Assembly (NCBI GenBank): GCA_033764315.1
Contig: JANRJA010000159.1
Coordinates: 1-38,478 of the forward strand
Direction: 5' to 3'
Source of the DNA: Oculatellaceae cyanobacterium bins.114
GTDB taxonomy: Bacteria; Cyanobacteriota; Cyanobacteriia; Elainellales; Elainellaceae
DNA length: 38,478 bases
The notes under the pieces are model-generated. The model ran no database searches, was not told where the DNA came from, and saw only the letters and a program-made list of their open reading frames with translations. Positions within the stretch are counted from its first letter, which is position 1. The number at the start of each line of letters is the position of its first letter. Shown here one piece after another: positions 30,073 to 38,478 of the stretch. The position numbers and the translations under genes were made by a program.

Positions 30073-30735
30073 TTACACTAAACCCGCTCTTAAAGCGACT
30101 ACGGCCGCTTGAACTCGATCATCTACCGCCAGTTTATTCATAATGCCTCGTACATGAGTTTTTACGGTGTTTGGACTGAGATAAAGGACGGCTGCAATTT
30201 CAGGGTTACTATGTCCTTCGACCATCAGTTTCAGCACTTCTAACTCTCGTTGAGAGAGCTGCCCCACGGTGATCGCTTCTTCATTTGGGGTTGGAGATTT
30301 AAGGTGATCCATCACTCGACGAGCGACTTGGGGGTCTAGATAACTTGCTCCTTCTTGAGCCGCTGCGATCGCCGTTAACAAGCGATCGACACTAGTGCCT
30401 TTTACGCAATAGGCATCAGCACCGCTCGACAAAGCTCCAATCACCTCATTTTCCGTGGTGTGAGAGGTCAACATCACCACTCGCACATCTGGGAGTGCAG
30501 TTTTGATCTGTTGAGTGGCTGCAATGCCATCTAAGCGAGGTAGCCCGATGTCCATCACAATCACGTCTGGTTTCAACCTTAAAGCAGCTTCTACAGCTAA
30601 GTAGCCGTCATCAGCCCGTCCTACAACCGTCATCCCCGGTTGATTAGACAAAGACTGCTCTAAACCCAATTGCATCATTGGGTCATCTTCAACGATTAAA
30701 ATTCGCATTGGAGATGCCTCAGAAGATTTAGTCAT
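30073..30735 (-). CDS. NarL/LuxR-family response regulator (orphan)
   Basis: ILIVEDD, MDIGLP, LTS, YCVK receiver residues, and LSQRELEVL...SPNTVKTHV HTH. Confidence 0.92.
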   Translation of the reverse strand: MTKSSEASPMRILIVEDDPMMQLGLEQSLSNQPGMTVVGRADDGYLAVEAALRLKPDVIVMDIGLPRLDGIAATQQIKTALPDVRVVMLTSHTTENEVIGALSSGADAYCVKGTSVDRLLTAIAAAQEGASYLDPQVARRVMDHLKSPTPNEEAITVGQLSQRELEVLKLMVEGHSNPEIAAVLYLSPNTVKTHVRGIMNKLAVDDRVQAAVVALRAGLV

Positions 30736-30824
30736 CACAGTACTCCTACTTCACCCGGTAAAGGAACTCTCACTAAAGATAGATTTATATAGTTATCGAT
30801 TGGTCATCTTGCATCAATCGTTTT

Positions 30825-31568
30825 TTAGGTTAGCCAATCTACCAGGCTGTGAACAATTGGAGCTAATAAGAGAGCGGGCAGAAATGAAGCAACCCGGACT
30901 TTTGCAATTTCTAAAAGATTTAACGATAACCCGATAATCATCAACCCCCCCACCCCCGTTACTAACATCACTAGCGGTGACGTAGTTGGGTCAGGCAGGG
31001 TCTGAGCCAGTAAGCCTGCGGCTAGAGAAATCCCTCCTTGATAGATCAAAATACTGATGGCAGAAAAGCCCACCCCCATGCCATAGCTACTTGTCAGGGC
31101 GATCGCCGCGAGTCCATCCATTGAGGCTTTTAAGGTCAATAGGGTGTTATCTGCTACTAACCCGTTGTTGAGACTACCAATCAGTGCGAGAGGGCCGATG
31201 CAAAACAGCAAACTGGCAGCTACAAAGCCTTCAGTAAATTTGCCTTTGCCTCTAAAGCGGGCTTTTAACCAATCCCCGATCGCCTCTAATGCTTTTTCGA
31301 GTTGAGCCCATTCTCCAAGCAAGCCACCCACCACGAGCACCAACAATCCTAAAATCACTCCATCAACGACTCCGGCTCGTCCTTGATTGAGACTATTGGC
31401 CAGACTCAGCCCAACGAATAGGGTTATAAGTCCAAGTGCCTGAGTGATAATTTGCTGCATCCGTAGAGGCAACCGTCCCCCCAGCCCTAATCCAACAAAA
31501 GTTCCTAATAAGATAGTGGCAACGTTAATCCAAGTGCCGCTGGTTTTTGCCCAAAAATCAAGTGTCAT
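30825..31568 (-). CDS. DUF554 (YdfK-like) membrane protein
   Basis: GTWINV, EGFVAASLLFCIGP, KASMDG, YQG and GGLMIIGLSLNLL. Confidence 0.88.
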   Translation of the reverse strand: MTLDFWAKTSGTWINVATILLGTFVGLGLGGRLPLRMQQIITQALGLITLFVGLSLANSLNQGRAGVVDGVILGLLVLVVGGLLGEWAQLEKALEAIGDWLKARFRGKGKFTEGFVAASLLFCIGPLALIGSLNNGLVADNTLLTLKASMDGLAAIALTSSYGMGVGFSAISILIYQGGISLAAGLLAQTLPDPTTSPLVMLVTGVGGLMIIGLSLNLLEIAKVRVASFLPALLLAPIVHSLVDWLT

Positions 31569-31769
31569 GCATTAGCTGCCCAGGTACATCTTGCACCTCA
31601 GGGTTAACTACGCTGACTATTGTGATGGATTATGGGCTTGATGGCTTCACCCAATTGGTGCTGAATGCACGATGGCGACCCTAAATCGTTTATGCAAATA
31701 CCTACCCCAAAGTCAGGTACTTTCACAAACAGCCTTTTTCACAAATCAAATAGTCCAGATGAAAACCAG

Positions 31770-31944
31770 GCATTGGGGACGTCTCCCCCAACCCCCCTGG
31801 CAGGAGGTGTTTGGGTCTACCCAAAGACGCGCTTACGGGTTCCAAGTCCAGGTGTTTTGGGTGGGGGCAAGACCCTTGGCAAAGGCTCAACATTCCCAAA
31901 AGTTAGTGATTTAGGGGCTAAGAGGACTTGTGTGTACACTGTAG
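31770..31944. mobile_element. Degenerate MITE/REP-like segment ending in the GTGTACAC terminus
   Basis: GGGGACGTCTCCCC-type hairpins and right end GACTTGTGTGTACACTGTAG, like 17664-17680. Left boundary uncertain. Confidence 0.45.
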
Positions 31945-32057
31945 CTGAGAGCAGCAGGATAGGGTCACTAAAATTTTAGTTAGACAAAACAGATCACAAC
32001 TCAAAAAAATCTAACTTCAACAAAGAACGTTGTGATTCAGATGTAGTCCAACTGTAG

Positions 32058-32270
32058 ATTGGACTCGATCGCGACCTGCATGAAGTGATAAAAAAGTCGG
32101 TGCGTGAATCTCTGCGAATCATTAATGAGAAGCATGGGCTAACCAAACCCAATGCATGACTGCATGCCAGCACTGCGATCGACTTTGAGGTGTCTCAAGT
32201 GGTCGATACCGTCGAAGGCATTCATGGCACTCTCGCTAAGGAGAGTTTTAAGGCACTCAAACCAGAATAA
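32058..32270 (+). pseudogene. C-terminal remnant of an acetamidase/formamidase family gene
   Basis: Hand translation IGLDRDLHEVIKKSVRESLRIINEKHGLTKPNA*LHASTAIDFEVSQVVDTVEGIHGTLAKESF resembles the FmdA/AmdA C-terminus. Internal TGA at 32157 and no start. Confidence 0.65.
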
Positions 32271-32280
32271 GAATGGGGAG

Positions 32281-32306
32281 GAGGGATATGGGATGCTATA
32301 TCCCTC
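32281..32306. terminator. Hairpin downstream of aar
   Basis: GAGGGATATG-N6-TATATCCCTC. Confidence 0.45.
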
Positions 32307-32325
32307 TATCAAGATTGCAGCTTAA

Positions 32326-33351
32326 TCAAGCCATTGTTAGGAGTGGTCGGAAGCCGTGTTTGAGAGAGACCTGCCCAATCAAGTCCATCTTGTCTAAGGT
32401 AATTTGATTGCGTCCCCAGGAAAAATTGGTGTATAGCTTCTCAAATTCCAACAGCATTGACTCTGCAAAGCAAGCAAATAGCTGACGTGCAGGCACATCC
32501 ATGCTGACGATCTGCATGATCTTCCAATCAATATCAAGGGAGTGTTCTACGATGCCGCCGTTGAGGACATGTACACCCGGATGTTGAATGAGGGTTGCCA
32601 AATTTTTAGGATAACCACCATCGATCAACAAAGAGGGCTGTTTCAATGTTTTGGGGTCGATTTCAACGCCTTTTGGCATACTAGCAACCCAGACTACAAT
32701 GTCAGCTTGGGGTAGAGCCTCTTCAAGACCCACAATCTTGCCCCGGCCCAACTCGGTTTGCAATGCCTTCAACCGTTCTTGGTTGCGGGCAATGAGCAGC
32801 AATTCAGCAACATCAGTACGAGCATCTAGCCAGCGACACACGGCACTGCCAATATCTCCCGTCGCTCCACAAATCGCAACCGTTGCCTTGGAAAGGTCAA
32901 TGCCGAGCTTTGGAGCTGCTTGCTCCAATTGACGACAAATGATGTAAGCCGTATGAGTGTTGCCTGTTGTGAATCGTTCAAACTCTAGTTTGATATTCCG
33001 AACCTGTTGGATCTGTTCTAAATTAAAATTCTCGAAAATGATAGAGGAGAACCCGCCCAGAGCTGTGATGTCAATGCCGTGCTTTTGGGCATGAGCCATA
33101 GCATTGATGATTTTGCGGGTAGCCGCCTTGATCCGTCGGGTGGCTAACATTTCTGGCAAAAAACAAGACTCGACGTAACGCCCTTCAATTTGTTGACCAG
33201 TGACACTTGTTACTTTGATGGTGTCCACGATTTGGGGTGGAGCACTGCACCAGAAGTCTAACCCCTGGTCAGCATATTCTGGATAACCTAACTCTCTAGC
33301 AACGGATTGAGCGTGTTCTAAACTCGTGAGATGACCGATTAAACCAAACAT
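32326..33351 (-). CDS. aar: Long-chain acyl-ACP reductase (alkane biosynthesis)
   Basis: [46 protein letters not shown] and FACFAE...NFSWGRN. Confidence 0.97.
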   Translation of the reverse strand: MFGLIGHLTSLEHAQSVARELGYPEYADQGLDFWCSAPPQIVDTIKVTSVTGQQIEGRYVESCFLPEMLATRRIKAATRKIINAMAHAQKHGIDITALGGFSSIIFENFNLEQIQQVRNIKLEFERFTTGNTHTAYIICRQLEQAAPKLGIDLSKATVAICGATGDIGSAVCRWLDARTDVAELLLIARNQERLKALQTELGRGKIVGLEEALPQADIVVWVASMPKGVEIDPKTLKQPSLLIDGGYPKNLATLIQHPGVHVLNGGIVEHSLDIDWKIMQIVSMDVPARQLFACFAESMLLEFEKLYTNFSWGRNQITLDKMDLIGQVSLKHGFRPLLTMA

Positions 33352-33664
33352 GGACAGCTATAAGCCTGCAAATGGTGGAAATTCGAGCAGAAAAGAGACA
33401 AATCTCTTCAAGATACTTCCTAAGATTATCAGTTACAGGAGCACTTGGGTGTTGCATCCTTAACCGCTCCTTAAGTAACGATCGCGATCGCAAAAAGTGA
33501 TGGGCTACACAATTCGAGACATGAGTGCTTGCTATAACGAGCTAGACGTTCCCGATTTCTGAGAGCATGTTGATGAGGGCAAGGTGGAAATTGAGTAGTG
33601 GAATACTGCTATGCGATGTCTGCTTTGCTCTTCTCCTTTGTTTGCTCTTTTGTGATGGAACCGA

Positions 33665-35479
33665 GTGACGATGACAAGTGCCCTGTTTTGCATTGATCAA
33701 TTGCGGGTTGCCTATCCTCAACGAAGGGAACACCCCAATCGAGGAACTGCCTCGCATCGAGCGGTTGTCACTGAGTCTTCCACAGATATTGCTCTGTCCA
33801 CCACTTCAACGCGTTGGGCCATCAACAATGTCTCTCTGACCCTAAATCCTGGAGAAAGATTGGGATTGGTGGGTGAGTCAGGTTGCGGCAAATCGACCTT
33901 AGGACGAGCCGCTATGCGGTTGTTGTCTAGCTCAGCACAGATCGAAGGGCGCATCTTATTTGATGGGCGATCGGTGCTAGATTTTACGCCTGATGAGTTA
34001 CGCCAGTTTCGAGGCGAAGCTGTGGCACTGGTGTTTCAAGACCCTATGACCCGTCTTGATCCCTTGATGACGATTGGTGAGCACTGTGTTGAGACATTGC
34101 TCGCGCATGACCCTAAGTTGTCCTATCGAGCCGCTAAAGAACGAGCGATCGCCACCTTAGAAGCCGTCAAGATTCCAGCTAGTCGCTGGTCACAATATCC
34201 CCATGAGTTTAGCGGTGGCATGCGACAACGAGTGGCGATCGCCCTGGCTCTGTTGCTCAACCCCCGCCTAATTGTGGCTGATGAGCCGACGACCAGTTTA
34301 GATGTCACGGTCTCTGCTCAAATTTTGCGAGAGCTGACCCGCCTCTGCCAAGAGCGCAACATGGCGTTGCTGTTGATCTCGCATGACTTGGCCTTGGTTG
34401 GGGAATATTGCGATCGCATTGCTGTGATGTATGACGGCAAGTTGGTTGAAACAGGCCCCACTCAAACTGTGCTCTCTCACCCCCAGCATCCCTACACGCG
34501 ATCGCTCCTGGAATCAGCACTCCACATTCATGCTGACTCTACAGAAGCACGATTAGCCCGACCTAATCCTCGTTTGCAACTCGACCCAACGGCGGCACAA
34601 CCCAAAACCCCCCTGCTTCGTCTCGATCGCTTGCAAAAGCACTACACCCTTGAGCAAAACTTGATTGCTCGACTTGTGACAAAGCAAGCCAATAGCGTGA
34701 TCAAAGCGGTAGATGGGGTCAGCCTTGATCTGTATCAAGGAGAGATTTTGGGATTGGTCGGTGAGTCGGGTTGCGGCAAAAGCACCCTCTCTCGCACCAT
34801 TTTGCACCTGATTCGCCCTACGGCTGGACAAGTTGAATTTTTGGGGCGCAATATCACACGTCTTTCAACCGCTGCCTTGCGAGAACAGCGACGGCAAATG
34901 CAAATGGTCTTTCAAGACCCCCATGCCTGTCTCAACCCAATGATGACAGTCGGACAAAGCATTGCTGATCCCCTACTGATCCATCGCTTAGCAGACGCGA
35001 TCGCCGCTAAAAAGCAAGTCGAGATCATGTTAGAGCGAGTCGGGTTGACTCCTGTTGAAGACTATTACTACCGCTATCCCAGTGATTTATCGGGAGGGCA
35101 ACAACAGCGAGTGGCGATCGCCCGCGCCTTGATCACCCGTCCAAAGCTCTTGATCTGCGACGAACCCGTAAGCATGTTGGATGCCAGTGTGCAGGCTCAA
35201 GTCCTCAATCTCATGCTGGAACTAAAGCAAGAATTTGATTTGACCTACCTCTTTATCACCCATGATTTGTGGGTCGCTCGGTTTATGTGCGATCGCATTG
35301 CCGTTATGAATGCAGGTCAGATTGTCGAACTAGAAACCACTGAGACCCTCTTCAAACACCCTCAACACCCTTATACCCAAACGCTGTTGCAAGCGGCTCC
35401 ATTGTTGTCGGTGTTGCAACATTCATCTATAGAGCCAGATCTCCCTGCCTCCAGCATTTCCCTGTCTCAGGAGGATTGA
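33665..35479 (+). CDS. Fused double-ATPase subunit of a peptide/nickel ABC transporter
   Basis: Two GESGCGKST Walker A motifs, FSGGMRQR and LSGGQQQR signatures, and two HPYT motifs. Confidence 0.93.
   Translation: MTMTSALFCIDQLRVAYPQRREHPNRGTASHRAVVTESSTDIALSTTSTRWAINNVSLTLNPGERLGLVGESGCGKSTLGRAAMRLLSSSAQIEGRILFDGRSVLDFTPDELRQFRGEAVALVFQDPMTRLDPLMTIGEHCVETLLAHDPKLSYRAAKERAIATLEAVKIPASRWSQYPHEFSGGMRQRVAIALALLLNPRLIVADEPTTSLDVTVSAQILRELTRLCQERNMALLLISHDLALVGEYCDRIAVMYDGKLVETGPTQTVLSHPQHPYTRSLLESALHIHADSTEARLARPNPRLQLDPTAAQPKTPLLRLDRLQKHYTLEQNLIARLVTKQANSVIKAVDGVSLDLYQGEILGLVGESGCGKSTLSRTILHLIRPTAGQVEFLGRNITRLSTAALREQRRQMQMVFQDPHACLNPMMTVGQSIADPLLIHRLADAIAAKKQVEIMLERVGLTPVEDYYYRYPSDLSGGQQQRVAIARALITRPKLLICDEPVSMLDASVQAQVLNLMLELKQEFDLTYLFITHDLWVARFMCDRIAVMNAGQIVELETTETLFKHPQHPYTQTLLQAAPLLSVLQHSSIEPDLPASSISLSQED
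33729..33757 (-). mobile_element. Degenerate 27-nt micro-insertion, copy C (opposite orientation)
   Basis: GGGAA[CACCCCAATCGAGGAACTGCCTCGC]ATCGA has an 18/25 match to the reverse-complemented core of copy A and encodes HPNRGTASH. Confidence 0.65.
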
Positions 35480-35558
35480 GGGAACGCTGTCACCTCGATG
35501 GGGGCAATCATTATTAGAACTGCTTCTTATCCTTTAAGTAGGAAGACGTCATTACTGG

Positions 35559-35663
35559 TATAGCTTTGGTCAGAAAGCTTACGGCAAAGTCAATGGCTCA
35601 AACCCTGATGCTGGGGAAGCTTTCTGACTCGCCTCCGCCTTATCGAATGTGGCTGCGGCTATA
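35559..35663 (+). mobile_element. 105-bp TATAGC...GCTATA MITE, copy 2
   Basis: Near-identical to 19877-19981. Confidence 0.85.
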
Positions 35664-35793
35664 AGACGCATTTCGACTGCGCTCAATGCTCAATTTCTGA
35701 CAAGAAGAGGGTTGAGCGTAGTCGAAACCCGGCAACTCAGCTTAATTTAGCCTATCTACTTAGCTTTAGTTCCCTTGCTTCTCTTCTTCTTTC

Positions 35794-38001
35794 CTACGGC
35801 ATCTGACTCACCGCATCTGCGTGGTTGGGTGAATAGCGAGCCAATTGTTGTGATACCGCTGGATTATAGAGCCGCAGGTAATTCCAATAGTTTTCAAACA
35901 CCGATTCCACATACCCTTTCGTTTCAGGATAGGGAATTTGTTCGACAAAGATATCGGGGTCACTAAAGCCAAACCGGGTGATCCAATCCGAGACATTGCC
36001 AGGACCAGCATTGTAACTGGCGATCGCAAACAGAGAATTATCGCTATATTCCTCGTGGGTGTAGTTGAGGAACCAGGTGCCAAAGCGGATGTTGTCGTCG
36101 GGGTTGTCGAGGTTGTAATTGGGGAATTTGAGTGTTTCTGAGATCCAAACTCCGGTATCGGGCATCACTTGCATCAAACCGATCGCCCCTACAGAAGACC
36201 GAATATTGGGTTCAAAGCGCGACTCCTGCCGAATTAAAGCCGTAACTAACAGCGGATTGAGTTGTCGTTCCTGCGACCAAGCTTGGATGGGCTGCAAATA
36301 GAGAAATGGATATAACGCTTGCCAATAATAGGTTTGTTGTTTGAGTTCCTGATATTGCGATCGCTCTTCTGGCTTGTCTCGATTAACCAGGCTCGACACC
36401 ATAAAAATGCCTTCCAGGTTATCCCCTACTCCCAGACGCATCACTCCATCTGTAAATTGCTCTGCCACTGTGGGAGTTGCCCGATTTTGAAACTCGACCT
36501 GCCAGACTGACCAGGCATCCTGATCTTGTCCCAGTTGATAAAGTTCTTGAAGCAGGGCTGACCCCGCTGGCAAAACAGGACGTTGTAAGGGTTTAACCAC
36601 CTCTGGCACCTGCGTGCGGACATTGGTAAAGTCTCCGACCTGCCACCCCAAATACACAGCCGATCGCCAGGCATAGTAAGACTCTGGGTAATGAGTCAAG
36701 ACGTATTCAAAGGCATCCTTGGCCTCTGCTTGCCCAGATTGGTAGGCCCACTTGCCCAACCAAAAAGCGGCTTCTGGGGCATATTCACTAGTGGGATTAT
36801 CCTTTACCAGTTGCCGTGCCAGTTCCCAGGCTCCGCGTGTATCCCCTGTTTGCATCCGTTGTTCTGCTAGCGTCCAACGCAACTCAGCCGCCGCATCTGA
36901 GGCACTATATTGAGTCAACAGCGATTGCCGCGCCTGACTGGCAGATTGAGCACTGCCCAACGCATCTAGATTTTTTGCCCGTTCTAACAACGCCTCAGGA
37001 GCCCGATCAGGAAAGCGACTAATAATCTGATCGAGATAGCCCATTGCTTCCTGAGGTTCTACCAGGCGAGATAACCGCAGCAATCCTAATCCCGTTTCAG
37101 GAGCATCAGGGAAACGTTGAATTAACACTTTATAAGCCGCGATCGCATATTGAGTTCGATCGCCTAACCAGGCTCCTCGTCCAACACGATACAAGGTTAA
37201 TGGAGTAGCCGGTACTTTGGCGTAGGCATCACTGGCACTGCTATAGCGTTGTTTTTCCCAATACCCAAAGGCGATCGCCTCCCAATCTTGTGCGGTCAGA
37301 GTCGCTCCATACTCATTCACTAGTCGATCAAGTGCCGCTTCACTATCCTTAGCGTGCAGGGCATGGCGGGCTAACAACAACAGCAGTTGGGGTTGATTGG
37401 GGTTTTGAGTCAGCCGCTCTTCGGCTAGGGCGATCGCCCGTGCATGAGCCGGAAATTTAGAGATCAATTGGTCTAATGCTTCAGCATCGGTTTGACCCAG
37501 TGCATACAGGGCCTCTGCTGCTAGTGGGCTGTCAGGAAACTGTTGCAGTAGGGACTGCCAAGTGGTAGTTGCCTGTTCGGGTTGGCTGCTAGCAGTGTAA
37601 GCCTGTGCCCGCTTTGCCAGCACTGCCGGAGCCAACACCGGATAGTCTTGTTCTAATCCTTCTAACAATGGCAGAGCAGCCCCACCGCGATTCTGATTAA
37701 TCAAATCCACGGCTAGCAAATAGCGTGCTCGATATTGATCGGTAGAGGCAGACTGGGCAGCGATCGCTTGTAATTGCCCTTCCCTTTCTGCGGCTGAAAG
37801 GGTCACCAACGACAGGACTGTTGACGAGGCTGACGTCTGGCTAAATTCATTTGGCTCCGCTGATGACACCCACTGACCCACAATCGGCACGCGACTGAGC
37901 CACTCTGGATAGAGTGCAGCCGCAGTCACACCCCCCAATACCAACGCAATTAAACCTGAGCCAGCCGTCATTAAAAGAATATGTTTGGGTTGCTTGAGCA
38001 T
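35794..38001 (-). CDS. Soluble lytic transglycosylase (SLT) with TPR repeats
   Basis: N-terminal TM, TPR-like helices, ALIRQESRF, GAIGLMQVMP, ASYNAGPG and ETKGYV. Start set at MLKQPK. Confidence 0.93.
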   Translation of the reverse strand: MLKQPKHILLMTAGSGLIALVLGGVTAAALYPEWLSRVPIVGQWVSSAEPNEFSQTSASSTVLSLVTLSAAEREGQLQAIAAQSASTDQYRARYLLAVDLINQNRGGAALPLLEGLEQDYPVLAPAVLAKRAQAYTASSQPEQATTTWQSLLQQFPDSPLAAEALYALGQTDAEALDQLISKFPAHARAIALAEERLTQNPNQPQLLLLLARHALHAKDSEAALDRLVNEYGATLTAQDWEAIAFGYWEKQRYSSASDAYAKVPATPLTLYRVGRGAWLGDRTQYAIAAYKVLIQRFPDAPETGLGLLRLSRLVEPQEAMGYLDQIISRFPDRAPEALLERAKNLDALGSAQSASQARQSLLTQYSASDAAAELRWTLAEQRMQTGDTRGAWELARQLVKDNPTSEYAPEAAFWLGKWAYQSGQAEAKDAFEYVLTHYPESYYAWRSAVYLGWQVGDFTNVRTQVPEVVKPLQRPVLPAGSALLQELYQLGQDQDAWSVWQVEFQNRATPTVAEQFTDGVMRLGVGDNLEGIFMVSSLVNRDKPEERSQYQELKQQTYYWQALYPFLYLQPIQAWSQERQLNPLLVTALIRQESRFEPNIRSSVGAIGLMQVMPDTGVWISETLKFPNYNLDNPDDNIRFGTWFLNYTHEEYSDNSLFAIASYNAGPGNVSDWITRFGFSDPDIFVEQIPYPETKGYVESVFENYWNYLRLYNPAVSQQLARYSPNHADAVSQMP

Positions 38002-38267
38002 GGTAGAAAGTGGGGAACTGAAACTCCAAAATATAGACTTCAATCCGCAAATAGTGACTGATTACTGAATAGGGTCGTTCCAATAAAAACTGAGTATTTG
38101 TCGTTCAATCGGGCTGAGTCCTGAGGGTAGATGAAATGGGTCAGGCACTCCACAAAACTCACACTCCACCCCTTGCCCCTTGGCTCCTTGCCAGGAGTCT
38201 TTTCATAGTCCCCCCATGCCTTCTTGTCTAGCCTGTCGAACCCCTGCCGTCATCACTCTGACTTCTT

Positions 38268-38394
38268 TTAGTACAACTCGTCGTAAATAGGGGTGGGAAT
38301 TTGGGGTGCAGGGGTGAAACCCCTGGCTGGGGGCGCAGCCCCCACACCCCCTTGGTTTTATTTCCGAACCCTATCTGTAAAAAGCAGTACTTAG
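38268..38394 (-). mobile_element. 127-bp MITE, copy 2
   Basis: Reverse complement of 14822-14948, flanked by TTAG at both ends. Confidence 0.85.
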
Positions 38395-38396
38395 AG

Positions 38397-38478
38397 CCTA
38401 TCCGAAAACCCGGTTTAGGAACGTGCGGTGCTGGAAGCACCGCACTTTCCTAAATTGGATTCTGGGTTTTCGGATAGG
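38397..38478. mobile_element. Fold-back element abutting the 127-bp MITE
   Basis: Nested IRs CCTATCCGAAAACCC/GGGTTTTCGGATAGG, TTTAGGAA/TTCCTAAA and GTGCGGTGCT/AGCACCGCAC. Confidence 0.7.

Noticed and set aside
31665..31979. ORFs 31665..31979, 17368..17676, 3462..3713 and 38228..38440 as genes
   Set aside because: They run through MITE/REP palindromes and have no protein-like features.

Overview
A 38.5-kb chromosomal window from a cyanobacterium. The HIP1 octamer GCGATCGC is abundant, and aar, pex, ccb1 and an NtcA box are present. The repeat families and gene style suggest a filamentous Leptolyngbya/Oculatella-like strain (inference). Most genes are housekeeping or metabolic: fetB-like, DegT aminotransferase, ggt, LOG, thrB, prmA, ppa, ahcY, dedA, hemW, PIN/TRAM, ccb1, pex, a NarL regulator, aar, a peptide ABC ATPase and an SLT transglycosylase. 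Many MITE/REP-like palindromes fill the spacers. Highlights: (1) a 27-nt micro-element inserted in frame into HIP1 sites inside genes, with 3 copies, two of them in one zinc-ribbon gene; (2) a tandem pair of secreted beta-helix surface proteins sharing a 43-bp upstream motif with a SigJ/SigF-like GGGAAGACT box, with one copy abutting a truncated LysR start; (3) a type IV pilin-like gene with a TAG right after the prepilin E5 codon; (4) an orphan NtcA-boxed GlnT/GmaS-type gamma-glutamyl ligase; (5) an MBL-fold protein with His-to-Arg changes at metal ligands; (6) aar without an adjacent ado; (7) an unlisted 58-aa membrane microprotein and an acetamidase/formamidase remnant. No CRISPR, tRNA/rRNA or intact transposase was seen. 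All family calls come from motif recognition, not database searches.
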